NCBI GenBank assembly: GCA_010093705.1
Contig: MU006092.1
Coordinates: 1,640,111-1,691,054, forward strand
Direction of reading: 5' to 3'
Source: Patellaria atrata CBS 101060
Lineage: Eukaryota
Length of the DNA: 50,944 nt
This document shows positions 48,722 to 50,944 of this stretch, piece after piece. A program made the translations under genes and the position numbers. The notes under the pieces were generated by a model. It was not told the origin of the DNA. It saw only the letters and a list, made by a program, of their open reading frames with translations, and made no database searches. The stretch's first letter is position 1; each line of letters begins with the position of its first letter.

Positions 48722-50651
48722 TATTTTCCTCAAACCTGCCTTCAGACTCTTCTCTTCTTCTTTATCTTGATTGTAGATAGCATCTGGACTAGATAGTTGG
48801 AACACAATTACTAGAGGCCGCTCACATACAATCAAGATCATTCAAGTTACTAAGGATGGAACAGAATAACGAGCCTAATACTTTAAGCATCCTACTCGCA
48901 GAGATACAAAACCTTAGGAGCGAGTGTACTGAGCTACGTCGTCAATTTAACGAACGACTCCCTTCCCTAGAGCATCAGCAAACGACTTCCTAATTAGATC
49001 CCACAACAACCCCTGAATCTGATACCCCTCCCCCCTTCGCCGCGATCACACCTGTCGTCACGAAGCCGCGCCATAGCCTCCCCCATCCTCCGAAGTTTAG
49101 CGGTGACAAGTCACAATGGAGGGGCTGGAAGTTAGAGATGGAAGGCAAGATAGAAGAAGACGCTATAGCCATTAGGTCCCTCCAAGCCCAATTGCGTTAT
49201 ATCTATATGCACCTTGAGAAAACCGCTAAGACAAACACGACAACATTTTATGAGTTGGAAGTTAAAAAGGATTTACCGAACCCTTATCGGTTACTTGAAC
49301 GACTTGAAATCCTCTATAGAGAGCGGAACCGTAAACAAAAAGCCATCCAAAACCTTCATTCTATTCGCCAACGGGATAACGAGACATTTATGGCTTTCTA
49401 TCCCCGCTTCGAGAAAGAGATAGCTAATGCCGATGCTGAAGATTGGGATGATGACTCAAAGATATCCTATTTGCGTAATGCGCTGAGTGAGAGGATGAAG
49501 GATAAGCTTATAGGTATTTTAGGAAAGAAAAAGGATACCTATATGGAATTTGCTCAGAGATGTGAAGAAATTAGCAATAATATGGAACTATTTGGGCAGT
49601 GGACCAAGGTTAGGAGTAGTAAAAGTGCGCAGACCATAGATACTAAGACACTACATCGAGACATGATGGAATGGGAACCCACCCCATCAGTATCTACTCT
49701 AACCCAAGTCAATAGCACACGCACCCGTAATAATAAGGATGGATACCCATCTAAAAGACCTGAAGACCAAGCGCTTATAGGAAAACGGGCAAAGTGGGTT
49801 GATCAGAGAGAGATAAATGCTCGTATCCGGGAAAACCGTTGCTTCCGTTATGGTAGAGATGATTGTAGGGTTAGCACCTGCCCACTAGTAGCACTAATTC
49901 GATCAAAACAATCTACTCATGTTAGCATAGCGGTATCTCCTCGGCCCACTATCACCCAAGCCATGGTGGAGGAAGATGATGATAACACTAAGGAAGACGC
50001 AAGCCAATAGGGACGCGCGGTAGCTCGAAGAGAATGGAAAGAAGTTGGAGAAGTAAAGATGGATGGAGACCCCTTTTTAGTGGATATTAGACTTAATGGA
50101 ACCAAGTTTATTACAGGACTTATTAACTCTAGCTATCTTTGCTACGCTATAATTAGTGAATAACTTTTCAAATCTTTAAAGCTACCTTATCTCCGGATTG
50201 CACTAAGAAAGCTAGAAGAAGCTACTAGAAAGAACGTAAGGCCCTCTATAGTCTTAGATACTATAACCTATACTTTAATCGATATAGATGGCCACTAGCA
50301 AAAACGTATCTTTTTCTATATTATACTAGGCCTTAATCACGAAGTGATCCTTAGAAATCCTTAGTTAGAAGATACTAATTTAATTATATCTATAAGGAAA
50401 AGATGCTTAGATATTAGAATATCTAATACCTATATCTAGAACCGCGCTAAGAAGTTATACTAACCACCCTAACTTAAAGTAAAATAAGTTATAGCTATAG
50501 TATTTATAGTAGACGTAAGAAGGAATAGAAGAGAAGCTAAGTAAAGAGAAATTAATATCTATATTAAAGTGTATACTATCTCTATAGTAGATATTAATAA
50601 AGCCTTAAAACCACGTTAGAGGTTAGACTTTAAGATAAAATTACTACCTAT
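48722..50651 (+). mobile_element. Gypsy 5' remnant (family C): partial 5' LTR 48722-48826, gag 48856-50010 (one internal TAA at 48991), heavily RIP-mutated protease region
   Basis: 48722-48826 is the reverse complement of 46014-46118; gag with IRQ, MEWEPT, RAKWV and decayed knuckle; downstream GLINSSY (decayed DSG-type site) and many TAA/TAG stops. Confidence 0.9.
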
Positions 50652-50923
50652 TGTGACGACGTGTCACGATGCTAATCCCGTATTTCCTATGCTGAGTGTT
50701 TGGTTTATTTGCAAGAGATCTTTGCCGGGTCGGACGCGGAAAAGATCTCTGAGCGCTGATTGGTTAAACGGAAGATAGTCGGGCCGAGGCTTGGCAAGGC
50801 GGGACTGTTATATGCGGACATTCGGCCCACGATATTATTGTTCCTTAACTTAATCTCCACACTTAGTAGTTAGTAATAGAGATAGTCAAAATACGATTAC
50901 TACAGCTATACTACATTGTCACA
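50652..50923 (+). mobile_element. LTR, family E (probable 5' LTR of another Gypsy element continuing beyond the window)
   Basis: TGTGAC...GTCACA inverted termini; abrupt shift from AT-rich RIP sequence; followed by a PBS-like self-complementary 10-mer. Confidence 0.75.
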
Positions 50924-50944
50924 CTAGATTAAGTTCACCTTCAA

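Noticed and set aside
33400..50944. Starship giant element
   Set aside because: No DUF3435 tyrosine recombinase or boundary repeats visible in this window.

Overview
Eukaryotic DNA from a filamentous ascomycete, judged from short GT-AG introns with CTRAY branch points and RIP-like CpA>TpA decay in transposons. The left ~33.4 kb is gene-dense: a GH76 (Dcw1/Dfg5-type) protein, a DUF3632-like protein, a secreted RNase T1/F1-family ribonuclease absent from the ORF track, a PAF-acetylhydrolase-like lipase, GH5 exo-beta-1,3-glucanase, a GPI-anchored Ser/Thr-rich protein, HMG-CoA reductase, a DUF7514-like protein, tricalbin and a Pho8-type alkaline phosphatase. The right ~17 kb is accessory. It holds a 5'-truncated LINE with TSD, a divergent pair of secreted genes (DUF1996 plus a 93-aa 10-Cys protein), and a nest of Copia, Gypsy/chromovirus and pogo/Fot1 remnants around a GNAT-like gene. 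Most unusual signals: (i) the 3' end of one Gypsy LTR is twice fused to a LINE-type 3' tail plus poly(A); (ii) three unrelated Gypsy LTRs carry Tf1-like self-priming PBS complementarity; (iii) LTR copies show swapped modules. Exon structures were deduced by eye and family assignments come from recognised motifs; no database search was run.
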